Source of the DNA: Spirochaetia bacterium
GTDB lineage: Bacteria > Spirochaetota > Spirochaetia > CADAEX01
Direction: 5' to 3'
DNA: 41,674 nt
Assembly: GCA_963662265.2 (NCBI GenBank)
Contig: CAXXHA010000012.1
Coordinates: 1-41,674 of the forward strand
The notes under the pieces are model-generated. The model was not told the DNA's origin, searched no databases, and worked only from the letters and a program-made list of their open reading frames with translations. Positions 9,888-19,562 of the stretch are shown here, piece by piece. The number at the start of each line of letters is the position of its first letter. The stretch's first letter is position 1. The position numbers and the translations under genes were made by a program.

Positions 9888-10976
9888 ATGGGGAAAAAAA
9901 CACCGCTTTATGAAGAGCATGTAAAACTGGATGCCAGAATTGTGGAATTCGGCGGATATGATATGCCTGTACAATACAGTTCAGCTATTGAGGAACACAA
10001 TGCAGTCAGAAATAATGCAGGACTTTTTGATGTGTCTCATATGGGGGAATTCAGGGTTACCGGCAGGGACAGCGGAAAATACCTGCAGAAACTCATTCCC
10101 ACTTCCATGAAAAAACTTGAGAACAATAAAGGGATGTATTCATGTCTCTGCAGGGAAGATGGCGGAATTATTGATGATATTTTTATCTTCATGATCTCTG
10201 AAAGTGAATATTTCATTGTTGTGAATGCAGGTACCAAAGACAAGGATTTCAATTGGTTCAAGAGTCATATAAAGGGCGATGTACATGTTGAGGATATTAC
10301 AGATGAGACTGCCAAGATAGATATTCAGGGACCTTCTTCATTTGAAATAATCTCAAAGATATTCAATCCCGGTTTTATTTCGGGTCTCGAAAGGTTTTAT
10401 TTCGGTTTTACTGAATATAACGGAATTAAAATAATGATTTCAAATACCGGATACACAGGCGAGGCTGGATACGAACTTTATATTGACAGATCGGAAGCTG
10501 TATCCCTGTGGAATACACTGCTTGAAAACGGGAAGAGTAAAGGTCTTATACCTTGCGGCCTTGCTTCCCGTGATTCTCTGAGGCTTGAGGCCTGCTATTC
10601 TCTTTACGGACATGAGCTTGGTGAGGATATAAACCCTGTGGAAGCAGGGCTTTCGTGGCTTGTGAGCAATGAGTCTGATTTCACAGGTTCCGGCGCCGTG
10701 CTGGGAATGAAGGAGAAGGGATCTGAAAGGCGGATTTACTGCGTAAGCATGGTTGGAAAGGGAATTCCGAGGGAAGGATACAAGGTGGAAAAAGAAGGTG
10801 ATGAAATCGGGTATCTTACAAGCGGAGGATTTTCCCCTGTCTTCGGCAAGGGGATTGCACTTGCAATGCTTAAAAAGGGGATTGTTAAAACAGGGGACAG
10901 TGTAGATATTGTGATACGGAATAAAAAGGTTGAAGCAGAAATTGTGAAGCGTCCGTTCTACAGTTTCAACGGATGA
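9888..10976 (+). CDS. gcvT: Glycine cleavage system aminomethyltransferase T
   Basis: KTPLY, FGGYDMPVQY, LFDVSHMG, TGYTGE.GYE and RDSLRLEA motifs; start moved to ATG 9888 (AAGGAG RBS). Confidence 0.95.
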   Translation: MGKKTPLYEEHVKLDARIVEFGGYDMPVQYSSAIEEHNAVRNNAGLFDVSHMGEFRVTGRDSGKYLQKLIPTSMKKLENNKGMYSCLCREDGGIIDDIFIFMISESEYFIVVNAGTKDKDFNWFKSHIKGDVHVEDITDETAKIDIQGPSSFEIISKIFNPGFISGLERFYFGFTEYNGIKIMISNTGYTGEAGYELYIDRSEAVSLWNTLLENGKSKGLIPCGLASRDSLRLEACYSLYGHELGEDINPVEAGLSWLVSNESDFTGSGAVLGMKEKGSERRIYCVSMVGKGIPREGYKVEKEGDEIGYLTSGGFSPVFGKGIALAMLKKGIVKTGDSVDIVIRNKKVEAEIVKRPFYSFNG

Positions 10977-11137
10977 GGACAGTTTTTCAGTTAATATCTG
11001 ACCGGGAAAAACATATGTTCAGGTCAGTAAATAAATTGTTCGTGTACCGTGGCTGTTAACATATGGCATGAATAAGAATATATATTCATGCCAGCTGGAT
11101 TTACGAATTAATACCGGATAATACCGGTTTTAAATAA

Positions 11138-11312
11138 GGGAATCTCTCAAAACTATGTTTTTTTATTTTGCATCATTTTATTATAATTTCGACTATAGAC
11201 TCATGTATGATAATGACTTGCTGTATACTAAAAACATAGTTTTTCTTCTAGATTCCCTTGTGGGTAAATATCTAAGGAAAAAACTCGCAAAAGCGAGTTT
11301 TTAGAGGTACCC
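11138..11312 (+). mobile_element. MITE-like structured repeat, copy 1 (175 bp)
   Basis: Terminal inverted repeats GGGAATCTCTCAAAACT / AGTTTTTAGAGGTACCC (14/17 match); aligns end to end with 38141-38332; no ORF. Confidence 0.7.
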
Positions 11313-11408
11313 AAAAGTATGACTGCTAAAACAGGCAGTGATTATCTTTATCAGCAATAAAGCTGCATTTCAGCGATGTAATGCTGATATATCTGGAGGG
11401 AGGATTTT

Positions 11409-11819
11409 ATGGGTGATGCTAAAGGAATGAAAATTGAATCAGGGTATAAATACACTGAGAATCATGAATGGATTAAAGTTGAGGGAGACACTGCAGTCTG
11501 CGGAATCTCTGACTTTGCACAGAACAGTCTCGGAGATATTGTGTTCATGGAATACACAGATGATATCGAAGGGGAAGATGTTGCCAAAGGGGATGTTATT
11601 GCAGTAGTTGAATCTTCGAAAGCGGCATCAGATGTATATACACCTGTATCCGGAGAAATACTTGAAACTAACAGCGATGTTGAAGATGTTCCTGAAACAA
11701 TCAACAAGGATCCCTATATAGAGGGATGGTTTGTAAAGATAAAACTTTCATCTCCTGAAGAACTTGATGAACTTCTCTCTGCAGAAGAATATGAAAAACT
11801 GATCAGTTCAGGAGAATAA
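11409..11819 (+). CDS. gcvH: Glycine cleavage system protein H
   Basis: YTENHEW, GISDFAQ..LGDIVF, lipoyl-lysine motif VESSKAASD, DPY.EGW. Confidence 0.96.
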   Translation: MGDAKGMKIESGYKYTENHEWIKVEGDTAVCGISDFAQNSLGDIVFMEYTDDIEGEDVAKGDVIAVVESSKAASDVYTPVSGEILETNSDVEDVPETINKDPYIEGWFVKIKLSSPEELDELLSAEEYEKLISSGE

Positions 11820-11820
11820 A

Positions 11821-13134
11821 ATGCCATATACACTTCTGACAGATTCTGACAGACAGGAGATGTTCAGGAAGATAGGAATCGGGAAGATCGATGATCTTTT
11901 TGCCGATATTCCTGATAACATCCTGAATGTTGAAATTGAGGGGCTTCCAGAGGCAAAGTCGGAAATTGAGATTTCCTCCCTCATGTCTGAAATAGGGGAT
12001 AAAAACAGCCTTAAATCTGTATTCATGGGGGGGGGAGTGTACAACCACTACATCCCTGCTGTTGTTGATGAACTTGCCTCAAGGTCTGAGTTTTATACAG
12101 CATATACCCCATACCAGCCTGAAATAAGCCAGGGCACACTTACAGCTATTTTTGAATTCCAGACATTCATGTGCAGGCTCACCGGTCTTGATGTTACAAA
12201 TGCAAGCATGTATGACGGAGCTACCTCCCTTGCGGAAGCTGTGATGATGGCGGTAAGGACAAACAGAAAGAACAGGGTTGTTGTAAGCCGCTCTATTAAT
12301 CCAAGGTACAGGGAAGTACTAAAAACATACTGCTGGGCATCAGATATTGAATATACAGAGGCAGGCATCAGAGAATTTGAAACTGATTATGAAACACTCT
12401 CCGGTATTATAGATGATGAGACAACAGCTGTTGTAATTCAGAGTCCCAATTTCTTCGGCAATGTAGAGGATATTGCCGGGGTGAAGAACATGCTTGAGGG
12501 GAAAAAGGGGTTTCTCATAAATGTTGTAACAGAGGCTTTGAGTCTCGGTTATCTGAAGTCTCCCGGTTCACTCGGTGCTGATATTGTATGCGGCGAGGCC
12601 CAGAGCCTTGGAAATTATCCCGCGTTCGGAGGACCCCTTCTCGGGTTTATATCTGCGCGTGAAAAATTTATGAGAAAGATACCCGGGCGTCTTGCCGGAA
12701 AGACACTTGATTCAGATGGAAACGAGGCACTCGCGCTTACTCTGCAGGCAAGGGAGCAGCATATAAGAAGGGAAAAAGCAACATCCAATATATGTTCGAA
12801 TGAGGGGCTTATTGCACTCAGGGCTGCAATTTACATGAGCCTTATGGGACCCGGTCTTTTCAGACTTGGAAGCTACAACCACAATGCTGCATCCTATTTA
12901 AAGGAGCAGCTTGAGAATAAGGGATTCAAGTCTGTTACAGATAAGCCTTTTTTCAACGAATTCGTTGTCAGGTCTGAAAATCCCGATGATTTTGTTAAAA
13001 ACTGCGCATCAAAATGTGTTGATCCCGGAATAAGAATAGACAAATGGTACCCTGAACTTGAAAACTGCTGGCTTTTCTGTGCAACAGAAATTAACAGCAG
13101 GTCACAGATAGACAGCTTCATAGATCAGCTTTAG
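11821..13134 (+). CDS. gcvPA: Glycine dehydrogenase (decarboxylating) subunit 1
   Basis: FYTAYTPYQPEISQG, NASMYDG and REQHIRREKATSNIC motifs. Confidence 0.96.
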   Translation: MPYTLLTDSDRQEMFRKIGIGKIDDLFADIPDNILNVEIEGLPEAKSEIEISSLMSEIGDKNSLKSVFMGGGVYNHYIPAVVDELASRSEFYTAYTPYQPEISQGTLTAIFEFQTFMCRLTGLDVTNASMYDGATSLAEAVMMAVRTNRKNRVVVSRSINPRYREVLKTYCWASDIEYTEAGIREFETDYETLSGIIDDETTAVVIQSPNFFGNVEDIAGVKNMLEGKKGFLINVVTEALSLGYLKSPGSLGADIVCGEAQSLGNYPAFGGPLLGFISAREKFMRKIPGRLAGKTLDSDGNEALALTLQAREQHIRREKATSNICSNEGLIALRAAIYMSLMGPGLFRLGSYNHNAASYLKEQLENKGFKSVTDKPFFNEFVVRSENPDDFVKNCASKCVDPGIRIDKWYPELENCWLFCATEINSRSQIDSFIDQL

Positions 13135-13145
13135 GGGATATTGAT

Positions 13146-14573
13146 ATGGATATAATTTTTAAGAAACATAAAAAAGGTAAAAACAAGTATTCAGTTCCTG
13201 ACTGGAACGGAAAAGACTACAGCCTTGATGAAGCAATGCTGCGTGATGATCTTGATATGCCGGAAGCAGGGGAATCTGAAATTGTAAGGCACTATGTAAA
13301 GCTTTCAAAGATGAATTTCGGGGTGGATGACAACATGTATCCCCTGGGAAGCTGTACAATGAAGTATAACCCCAAGGTAAACGAGAAATTTGCAGGCTCT
13401 GAGAAATTCATCTCTGTTCATCCCCTTTCCCGGAGGGAGCATATCCAGGGGTCACTGAAGATTATCTATGAGCTCTCAGATTACCTGAGGAAAATATCCG
13501 GAATGGAGGGGGTAACGCTGGTCCCTGCAGCAGGTTCCCACGGGGAGCTTACCGGTGTAATGGTAATGAAAAAGTACTTTGAGGATATCGGGGAAAAGAG
13601 AGATACAATCATAATTCCCGATTCTGCACACGGTACAAATCCCGCTTCTGTTGCGATGTGCGGGTTCAAGATAAAGGAAGCAAAGTCGACACCTGACGGG
13701 GATGTTAATATAGACCTTCTTGAAGAAATGCTTGACGAAAATGTTGCAGGCATGATGCTTACAAGCCCCGGCACAACAGGACTTTTTGACAGGAACCTCT
13801 CAAAAATTGCAGACATGCTTCACAGAAACGGCTCACTCTTCTACGGTGACGGTGCAAACCTGAACGCGACTCTGGGCAAGGCTAGATTTGCTGATATGGG
13901 TTTTGACTTAATGCATATCAATATACACAAGACATTCTCGACTCCCCACGGAGGCGGAGGCCCAGGCGCGGGACCTGTGACTGTAGTGAAAAAACTCGAG
14001 AAATATCTTCCAGTGCCTGTTGTTGTTAAAGAGGGTGATGAATATATCATGAAATATGATATGCCTGACAGCATAGGCCCTATCCACAGCTTTTCAGGCA
14101 ACTTCCTGATTCTTGTAAGGGCATTTATCTATATAAATACACTCGGTTTTGAGGGGCTTAAAGATGTCTCTGAAACTGCAGTTCTAAATGCAAATTACCT
14201 TAAAGCTCTTCTAACAGGGGAAGACGGGTATAATCTGCCGATTAAGAGAAGCTGCATGCATGAGTTTATTGTAAATGACAGGGGATTCCCCGAAGGGATC
14301 ACAACAGACCAGATTTCAAAGAGAATCCTTGATTACGGCTATCATGCCCCAACTGTATTCTTCCCCCTGATTATTCCCCACAGCATAATGATTGAGCCTA
14401 CAGAAACAGAGTCTAAGGAAACTCTCGACAGTTTTGCAGAAGTTATGCTTGAGATTAAAAAAGAGGCGTTTGAAAATCCGCCGCTTCTTATGAATGCACC
14501 GCTAAATACGCCGGTGAGGAAGGTTGATTCAGTCCTGGCTGCGAAGACTCCTGTTTTGAAGTGGGAGGATTAA
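13146..14573 (+). CDS. gcvPB: Glycine dehydrogenase (decarboxylating) subunit 2
   Basis: YPLGSCTMKYNP, SAHGTNPAS, PLP-lysine motif HKTFSTPHGGGGPG, EPTETES. Confidence 0.96.
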   Translation: MDIIFKKHKKGKNKYSVPDWNGKDYSLDEAMLRDDLDMPEAGESEIVRHYVKLSKMNFGVDDNMYPLGSCTMKYNPKVNEKFAGSEKFISVHPLSRREHIQGSLKIIYELSDYLRKISGMEGVTLVPAAGSHGELTGVMVMKKYFEDIGEKRDTIIIPDSAHGTNPASVAMCGFKIKEAKSTPDGDVNIDLLEEMLDENVAGMMLTSPGTTGLFDRNLSKIADMLHRNGSLFYGDGANLNATLGKARFADMGFDLMHINIHKTFSTPHGGGGPGAGPVTVVKKLEKYLPVPVVVKEGDEYIMKYDMPDSIGPIHSFSGNFLILVRAFIYINTLGFEGLKDVSETAVLNANYLKALLTGEDGYNLPIKRSCMHEFIVNDRGFPEGITTDQISKRILDYGYHAPTVFFPLIIPHSIMIEPTETESKETLDSFAEVMLEIKKEAFENPPLLMNAPLNTPVRKVDSVLAAKTPVLKWED

Positions 14574-14655
14574 GGAAATATATTTCTTATTCGATTGAAT
14601 TAAACGACAGGTTTGATTCAGATGTTTATAATTATAAAACTGTCATGCTTTACAT

Positions 14656-14705
14656 AAGCGGCAAATGCTGTCCCTATTCAGGTGCAGTAATTGCTGCTTT
14701 TTTTT
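14656..14705 (+). terminator. Probable Rho-independent terminator of the gcv operon
   Basis: AAGCGGCAAATGCTG...CAGTAATTGCTGCTT imperfect stem followed by a T8 run. Confidence 0.6.
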
Positions 14706-14793
14706 GCATAGCAGTGTTTCCCTTTTGAATGTGAGTCTGTGGATTTCTGGTTCTATTAGTTTACCCGGTACCGGGGGATGCCGGATGCTGTAT

Positions 14794-14821
14794 GTTTCAT
14801 AAGTTTCATAAGTTTCATAAG
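14794..14821. repeat. Tandem repeat (GTTTCATAA)x3
   Basis: Three exact 9-bp units visible in the sequence. Confidence 0.9.
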
Positions 14822-15008
14822 GAAAATCGTCTGAAAGCTTTAATGGTAAAAAGCTTATGCTTATTGTCTAAAAATGGCTGATCTGCAATAATCCATGCAT
14901 TGATTTCCGGAAATCACCGGTTAAATACACTGATCTGTGTATTAAGCGGTTTCTTCTGTAAATAGTTATTAAATCGAATAAATATATTCAAATTATGAGG
15001 AATAGGAA

Positions 15009-15569
15009 ATGAAAGAATACAGGGCTGAACTTGATCCTCTTGGCACTCTGGTATGGAAAACCATGGAAGGCTGGGACGGGCGGAACAGCAACAGGATTAT
15101 AAAAAAACTTGACAGGATTATTGATAAGAACCCCTGTCTGATTACAGCATACAATTCAAAATGCACAATTCTTGAGGATGAGGGGAGAACAGAGGAACTT
15201 ACCCTGCTGACAGAAAAAGCATATAATATTGTTCTTGACAGGATTCTTGACAGCAACGGCAATTACCCTGATAGTCTTCCATACAGCTGCCTTGAAAACC
15301 GCCCCCTCCTGGAAGTGCTTGTAAACCAGGCATCTGAGAAATGGGCTTCAGCTGACTGGAACGAGGCTGAAAAGATAATGAGGCAGCTTCTGGAAATGAA
15401 TCCTGATGATAATCACGGGATCAGGATAATGCTTCTTGCTGTCTTTGAAAGAATCGGGAAAAATGATTTCTGGGATATGTTTCCTGAGGATGATTACAGT
15501 TCACTTGAGAAATGGTTCAATGAAAAGGGTGCTGGATATGATGTACTTAAAGGTTATGTCGGGGTATAA
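15009..15569 (+). CDS. Uncharacterised TPR-like helical protein
   Basis: ENRPLL...EAEKIMRQLLEMNPDDNHGIR segment is TPR-like; AGGA RBS. Confidence 0.65.
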   Translation: MKEYRAELDPLGTLVWKTMEGWDGRNSNRIIKKLDRIIDKNPCLITAYNSKCTILEDEGRTEELTLLTEKAYNIVLDRILDSNGNYPDSLPYSCLENRPLLEVLVNQASEKWASADWNEAEKIMRQLLEMNPDDNHGIRIMLLAVFERIGKNDFWDMFPEDDYSSLEKWFNEKGAGYDVLKGYVGV

Positions 15570-15638
15570 ATATATCTGCATTTGGAAACAAATGCAGGCT
15601 TGTAATTTATGTTAAAGGCATAATGAAAGGGGATTAAA

Positions 15639-16130
15639 GTGTTCTACAGAATAATAAAAAACAAGAATAAACCTACCAGATATACATTTTTGCTGGCAGC
15701 CTCTGTATTTTTGCTTATTGCAGGTGCAGGGTATATTAAGTTCAATTTTTTTGATGATGATATTTATATTTCAGGTGATTCACTAACTGAAGAAGATCTT
15801 GCAGGTTCCTGGGTAGAGCCGATTCCCGGCCTGGATAATGATTCAGCAGATACCGGCGGGGGAGAAAACAGGACTCTTGATAAGGTGCAGGGCTTTACTC
15901 TCTATGAAGACGGCAGCGCTGAATCAATCAATATGCAGACTCTTCTTGTCCTGAAATGGAGGATTGAAAACGGGTATCTGATACTCACAGAGAAAAGCAT
16001 AGGAAACGGTACTTCTTCAACCGGGGAGGAAAGGTATAAAATTGTCAGTGCCGGAAAGAAAAAACTTGTACTGAGCCGGGTAGGCACTGTTTATGAGTAC
16101 ACGCGGCAAAGAAGTAAAAACAATAGCTGA
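15639..16130 (+). CDS. Membrane-anchored lipocalin-like domain protein
   Basis: N-terminal TM helix; L.GSWVEPIPG...QGF.L..DG.AESINM.TL...W pattern. Confidence 0.7.
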   Translation: MFYRIIKNKNKPTRYTFLLAASVFLLIAGAGYIKFNFFDDDIYISGDSLTEEDLAGSWVEPIPGLDNDSADTGGGENRTLDKVQGFTLYEDGSAESINMQTLLVLKWRIENGYLILTEKSIGNGTSSTGEERYKIVSAGKKKLVLSRVGTVYEYTRQRSKNNS

Positions 16131-16227
16131 AACAGCATTTTTCTGGTATCATATAACAATTCTATTTAAAAAAGAAACTTAAGAATAAGGGAAAAATCCA
16201 TCGAATAAAAAAGGATAATATCCAGCA

Positions 16228-18249
16228 ATGGCAACTAAAGCAGTATTAAACAACTTGGCAGATGAAATATGGAAATCAGCAATCCGCCTTAGAGGGAAAT
16301 TCAAGGCATACGAGTATCAGAGTGTTATTCTCCCTATAATAGTATTAAGACGTATCGAATGTGTTCTTATAAAGATGCGAGAAGATAAGGAAAAAGAATA
16401 TAGAATAGATAATCCCGGTTTAAAAGATAAGGAAGTAAATAAATTCTTAAAAAAATATGAAATATCACAATTCCCGTTTCACAATAAGACAAACTGGACA
16501 ATGGAGGCTATCTACCAGGAAGACCACACAACAATGGAGAAAAATTTCAGGGAGTATGTGAACGGTTTTTCAGATAATGTCCAGGATATTATTTCCCACT
16601 TTGACTACAGGGCAATAATAGGAAAAATGAAGAAAAACGGGCGTCTTGTGCCTATTATAAACCAGTACAGAAATGAAGACCTGAGTCCTGGCAGGATCAG
16701 CAATCTTGAAATGGGGTATATATATGAAGAACTTTTACGACGCTTTTCTGAGCAGAGCGGTGAAGAGGCAGGGGAGCATTTTACCCCAAGAGAAGTAATT
16801 TCTCTCATGGTTGAGCTTCTTGATATAAAAGTAAAAGACAGGCATGTTTCAATATATGATCCTGCATGCGGTACAGGAGGAATGCTGTCTGTTGCAAAAG
16901 CACATGTTATTGACAGAATTAAATCAAAAGAAGAAAAAGAACATGCTGAAAGCCTTATAACTCTCCATGGTCATGAAATACAGCCTCAGAATTATGCTGT
17001 ATGCAAGGCAGATATGCTTATCAAGAATGACAGAAAAGCTTATATATACTATGGAAACTCTCTTATACCCCATAAACCCGGAAGTGATGATCCGGGTGAT
17101 CAGCTGGCAGGGGAGGATGATAAATTTGACTTTATGCTTTCAAATCCACCATTCGGCGTTACATGGGGAGGGGAGGATGGTTATGAAAAAGAGGCAAAAC
17201 TATATAAAACTTCACGATATAAATGCGGGATGCCCCGAACAAATGACGGAGCTTTTCTTTTTCTTCTTTCAATGCTTGATAAAATGAAACCGGTGGATAA
17301 GGGGGGCAGCAGGATAGCTGTTATATTTAACGGGTCCCCTTTAAGCAACGGTGACTGCGGATCGGGAGAAAGTGAAATAAGAAGGTGGATCCTTGAAAAC
17401 GACTATCTTGATGCCATTGTAATGCTTCCTGACCAGCTGTTTTACAATACAGGTATCTACACATATATATGGATACTTACCAACAATAAGCCTTTAAGTC
17501 ACAAAGGGCGTGTAATGATTATTGACGGAAGGAAGCAGTTTGAAAAGGAGCCCAAATCTTTCGGAAAAAAGAGAAACAGGATTACAGATAAACATAGGAA
17601 ATGGATAGAAAAGCATTATAGAAAAGGCTGGGATAAAAATTACAATGATGAGAATGTAAAAATATTTAAGAACAAGGATTTTGCATATCATAAAGTATCA
17701 GTAACTTTCTGGCAGACAGATGAGGATGATAATCCCGGAATGATTACAGAGAGTTTTGGTGTCCAGCTTAATAACAATAATGTGAAAAAGAAGTTTGAAC
17801 TCTATGGAAATCTTGATTTCAGGCTTTATGTTGAATCCCCTGAAGGAATTAAAAAAGAATATGATATAAAAATTACTGAAAAATCAAAGACATTTGAAAC
17901 ACAGCTTGCAAATTTTGCACGAAAGGATTTTAAAGAACTTGATGAATTAAAAACATCATCAAATATCAGCAAGGAGATAAAAAAATGGAAAATATCTGCT
18001 TATTATACACATAGGGATTATATTCAGGATGATGAATATATCCCTTACGGCGTGAATATTGATGAGTTTTTAAAAAGGGAAATAGAAAAAGAAATTATAA
18101 AATGGGAAGAACGTCCCCAGCTGGGCTATGAAATACTTCCGAACAAGTACTTCTACAAGTACGAACCACCAAAACCGGCAGATGTTATTCTTGATGAGTT
18201 CTGGCAGCTAGAAAAAGAAGCGGAAGAAATTCTGAAAGGGCTTAAGTAA
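16228..18249 (+). CDS. hsdM: Type I restriction-modification methyltransferase subunit M (m6A)
   Basis: GEHFTPREV, YDPACGTGGM (motif I), NPPF (motif IV), LFYNTGI; long C-terminal extension. Confidence 0.95.
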   Translation: MATKAVLNNLADEIWKSAIRLRGKFKAYEYQSVILPIIVLRRIECVLIKMREDKEKEYRIDNPGLKDKEVNKFLKKYEISQFPFHNKTNWTMEAIYQEDHTTMEKNFREYVNGFSDNVQDIISHFDYRAIIGKMKKNGRLVPIINQYRNEDLSPGRISNLEMGYIYEELLRRFSEQSGEEAGEHFTPREVISLMVELLDIKVKDRHVSIYDPACGTGGMLSVAKAHVIDRIKSKEEKEHAESLITLHGHEIQPQNYAVCKADMLIKNDRKAYIYYGNSLIPHKPGSDDPGDQLAGEDDKFDFMLSNPPFGVTWGGEDGYEKEAKLYKTSRYKCGMPRTNDGAFLFLLSMLDKMKPVDKGGSRIAVIFNGSPLSNGDCGSGESEIRRWILENDYLDAIVMLPDQLFYNTGIYTYIWILTNNKPLSHKGRVMIIDGRKQFEKEPKSFGKKRNRITDKHRKWIEKHYRKGWDKNYNDENVKIFKNKDFAYHKVSVTFWQTDEDDNPGMITESFGVQLNNNNVKKKFELYGNLDFRLYVESPEGIKKEYDIKITEKSKTFETQLANFARKDFKELDELKTSSNISKEIKKWKISAYYTHRDYIQDDEYIPYGVNIDEFLKREIEKEIIKWEERPQLGYEILPNKYFYKYEPPKPADVILDEFWQLEKEAEEILKGLK

Positions 18250-19562
18250 TGATAGAAGGGTATAAGGATTCTGGGGTTGAGTGGATTGGTGAGATCCCTG
18301 AAGACTGGAAAATAAAGCAAATTAAAAGGTATTCAATAGTAAAAAGGGGTGCTTCTCCAAGACCTATCGATGATCCTGTTTATTTTGATGATGATGGTGA
18401 ATTTGCCTGGGTAAGAATTGCTGATGTTACTGCAAGTAATCAATATTTAGAAACCACAACACAAATATTATCTGACTTAGGCGTATCTTTAAGTGTTAAA
18501 CAATTTCCAGGGGATCTTTTTATCAGTATTGCTGGAACAGTAGGTAAACCAATAATCACAAAAATAAAATGTTGCATCCATGATGGTTTTATTTTGTTTG
18601 ACAATCCCCGGTTTGATAAACTTTTTCTGTATTTTATTTTCCTTAGTGGAAAGCCATATCAGGGATTGGGGAAGTTGGGAACTCAATTAAATCTTAATAC
18701 TGATACAATAGGACAAATCTATATACCAATACCTTCTAAAGATGAGCAGAAAATGATTGCTGATTATCTTAATGAAAAAGTATCTTTCATAGATAAAGCT
18801 ATGGAACTCAAGAAGAAGCAGCTTGAAAAGCTTGATGATCTTAAAAAGTCTGTTATCCATAAAGCTGTAACAAAAGGGCTTGATGATTCTGTAAACTTTA
18901 AAGATTCCGGAATAGATTGGATTGGAAAAATTCCTCAACACTGGAAAAGTAGAAGATTAAAAGATATTGGAAGAATAAAATATGGATTAGGACAGCCACC
19001 ACAGGAGATGGTAGATGGCCTTCCATTGATCAGAGCCACAAATGTTAATCGGGGGAAAATTGATCCAAATAATTTAATATATGTTGATCCTGAAGATATA
19101 CCTTTTGACCGTGATCCTATTTTGAGAAAAAATGATATTATAGTTGTAAGAAGTGGGGCATATACTGCAGATTCGGCGATAATTCCTGAAACATATGATG
19201 GAGCAATTACTGGATATGATATGGTTTTAAGATGTTTTAAAAATATATCACCTCAATTTATTAGTTTTATTTTATTAAGCAAATATGTTTTAGAGGACCA
19301 ATTGAAGTTGTTAACATTGAGAGCTGCTCAACCTCACTTAAATCGTGAAGAACTTGGTTCAACAGTTATTTTACTTCCTCCTCTCAAAGAACAGAAGCAG
19401 ATAGCTTTATACCTTGATAAAAAAACAGCAGAAATTGATTCTGTATCAGTGAAAATAAAACTTCAAATAGAAAAGCTTGAACAGTATAAAAAATCCCTTA
19501 TCCATGAATGTGTAACCGGAAAAAGAAGAATAATAGAAAAGGATGTAAAGGAGGCAGTGTAG
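18249..19562 (+). CDS. hsdS: Type I R-M specificity subunit S
   Basis: Duplicated conserved blocks YKDSGVEWIGEIPEDW / FKDSGIDWIGKIPQHW; P..EQ..IA.YL repeats flanking two TRDs; TAATG overlap with hsdM. Confidence 0.95.
   Translation: MIEGYKDSGVEWIGEIPEDWKIKQIKRYSIVKRGASPRPIDDPVYFDDDGEFAWVRIADVTASNQYLETTTQILSDLGVSLSVKQFPGDLFISIAGTVGKPIITKIKCCIHDGFILFDNPRFDKLFLYFIFLSGKPYQGLGKLGTQLNLNTDTIGQIYIPIPSKDEQKMIADYLNEKVSFIDKAMELKKKQLEKLDDLKKSVIHKAVTKGLDDSVNFKDSGIDWIGKIPQHWKSRRLKDIGRIKYGLGQPPQEMVDGLPLIRATNVNRGKIDPNNLIYVDPEDIPFDRDPILRKNDIIVVRSGAYTADSAIIPETYDGAITGYDMVLRCFKNISPQFISFILLSKYVLEDQLKLLTLRAAQPHLNREELGSTVILLPPLKEQKQIALYLDKKTAEIDSVSVKIKLQIEKLEQYKKSLIHECVTGKRRIIEKDVKEAV

Noticed and set aside
14794-14821. 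Possible CRISPR array
   Set aside because: 9-bp units with no spacers and no cas genes.
15232-15254. TTCTTGACAGGA near-tandem duplication in the TPR-like gene
   Set aside because: Two short in-frame units (LDRI/LDS), explainable by codon preference.
18249-19562. Phase-variable (shufflon-type) hsdS
   Set aside because: Only one hsdS; no silent TRD copies, recombinase or simple-sequence tract. The internal repeats are the normal conserved regions.
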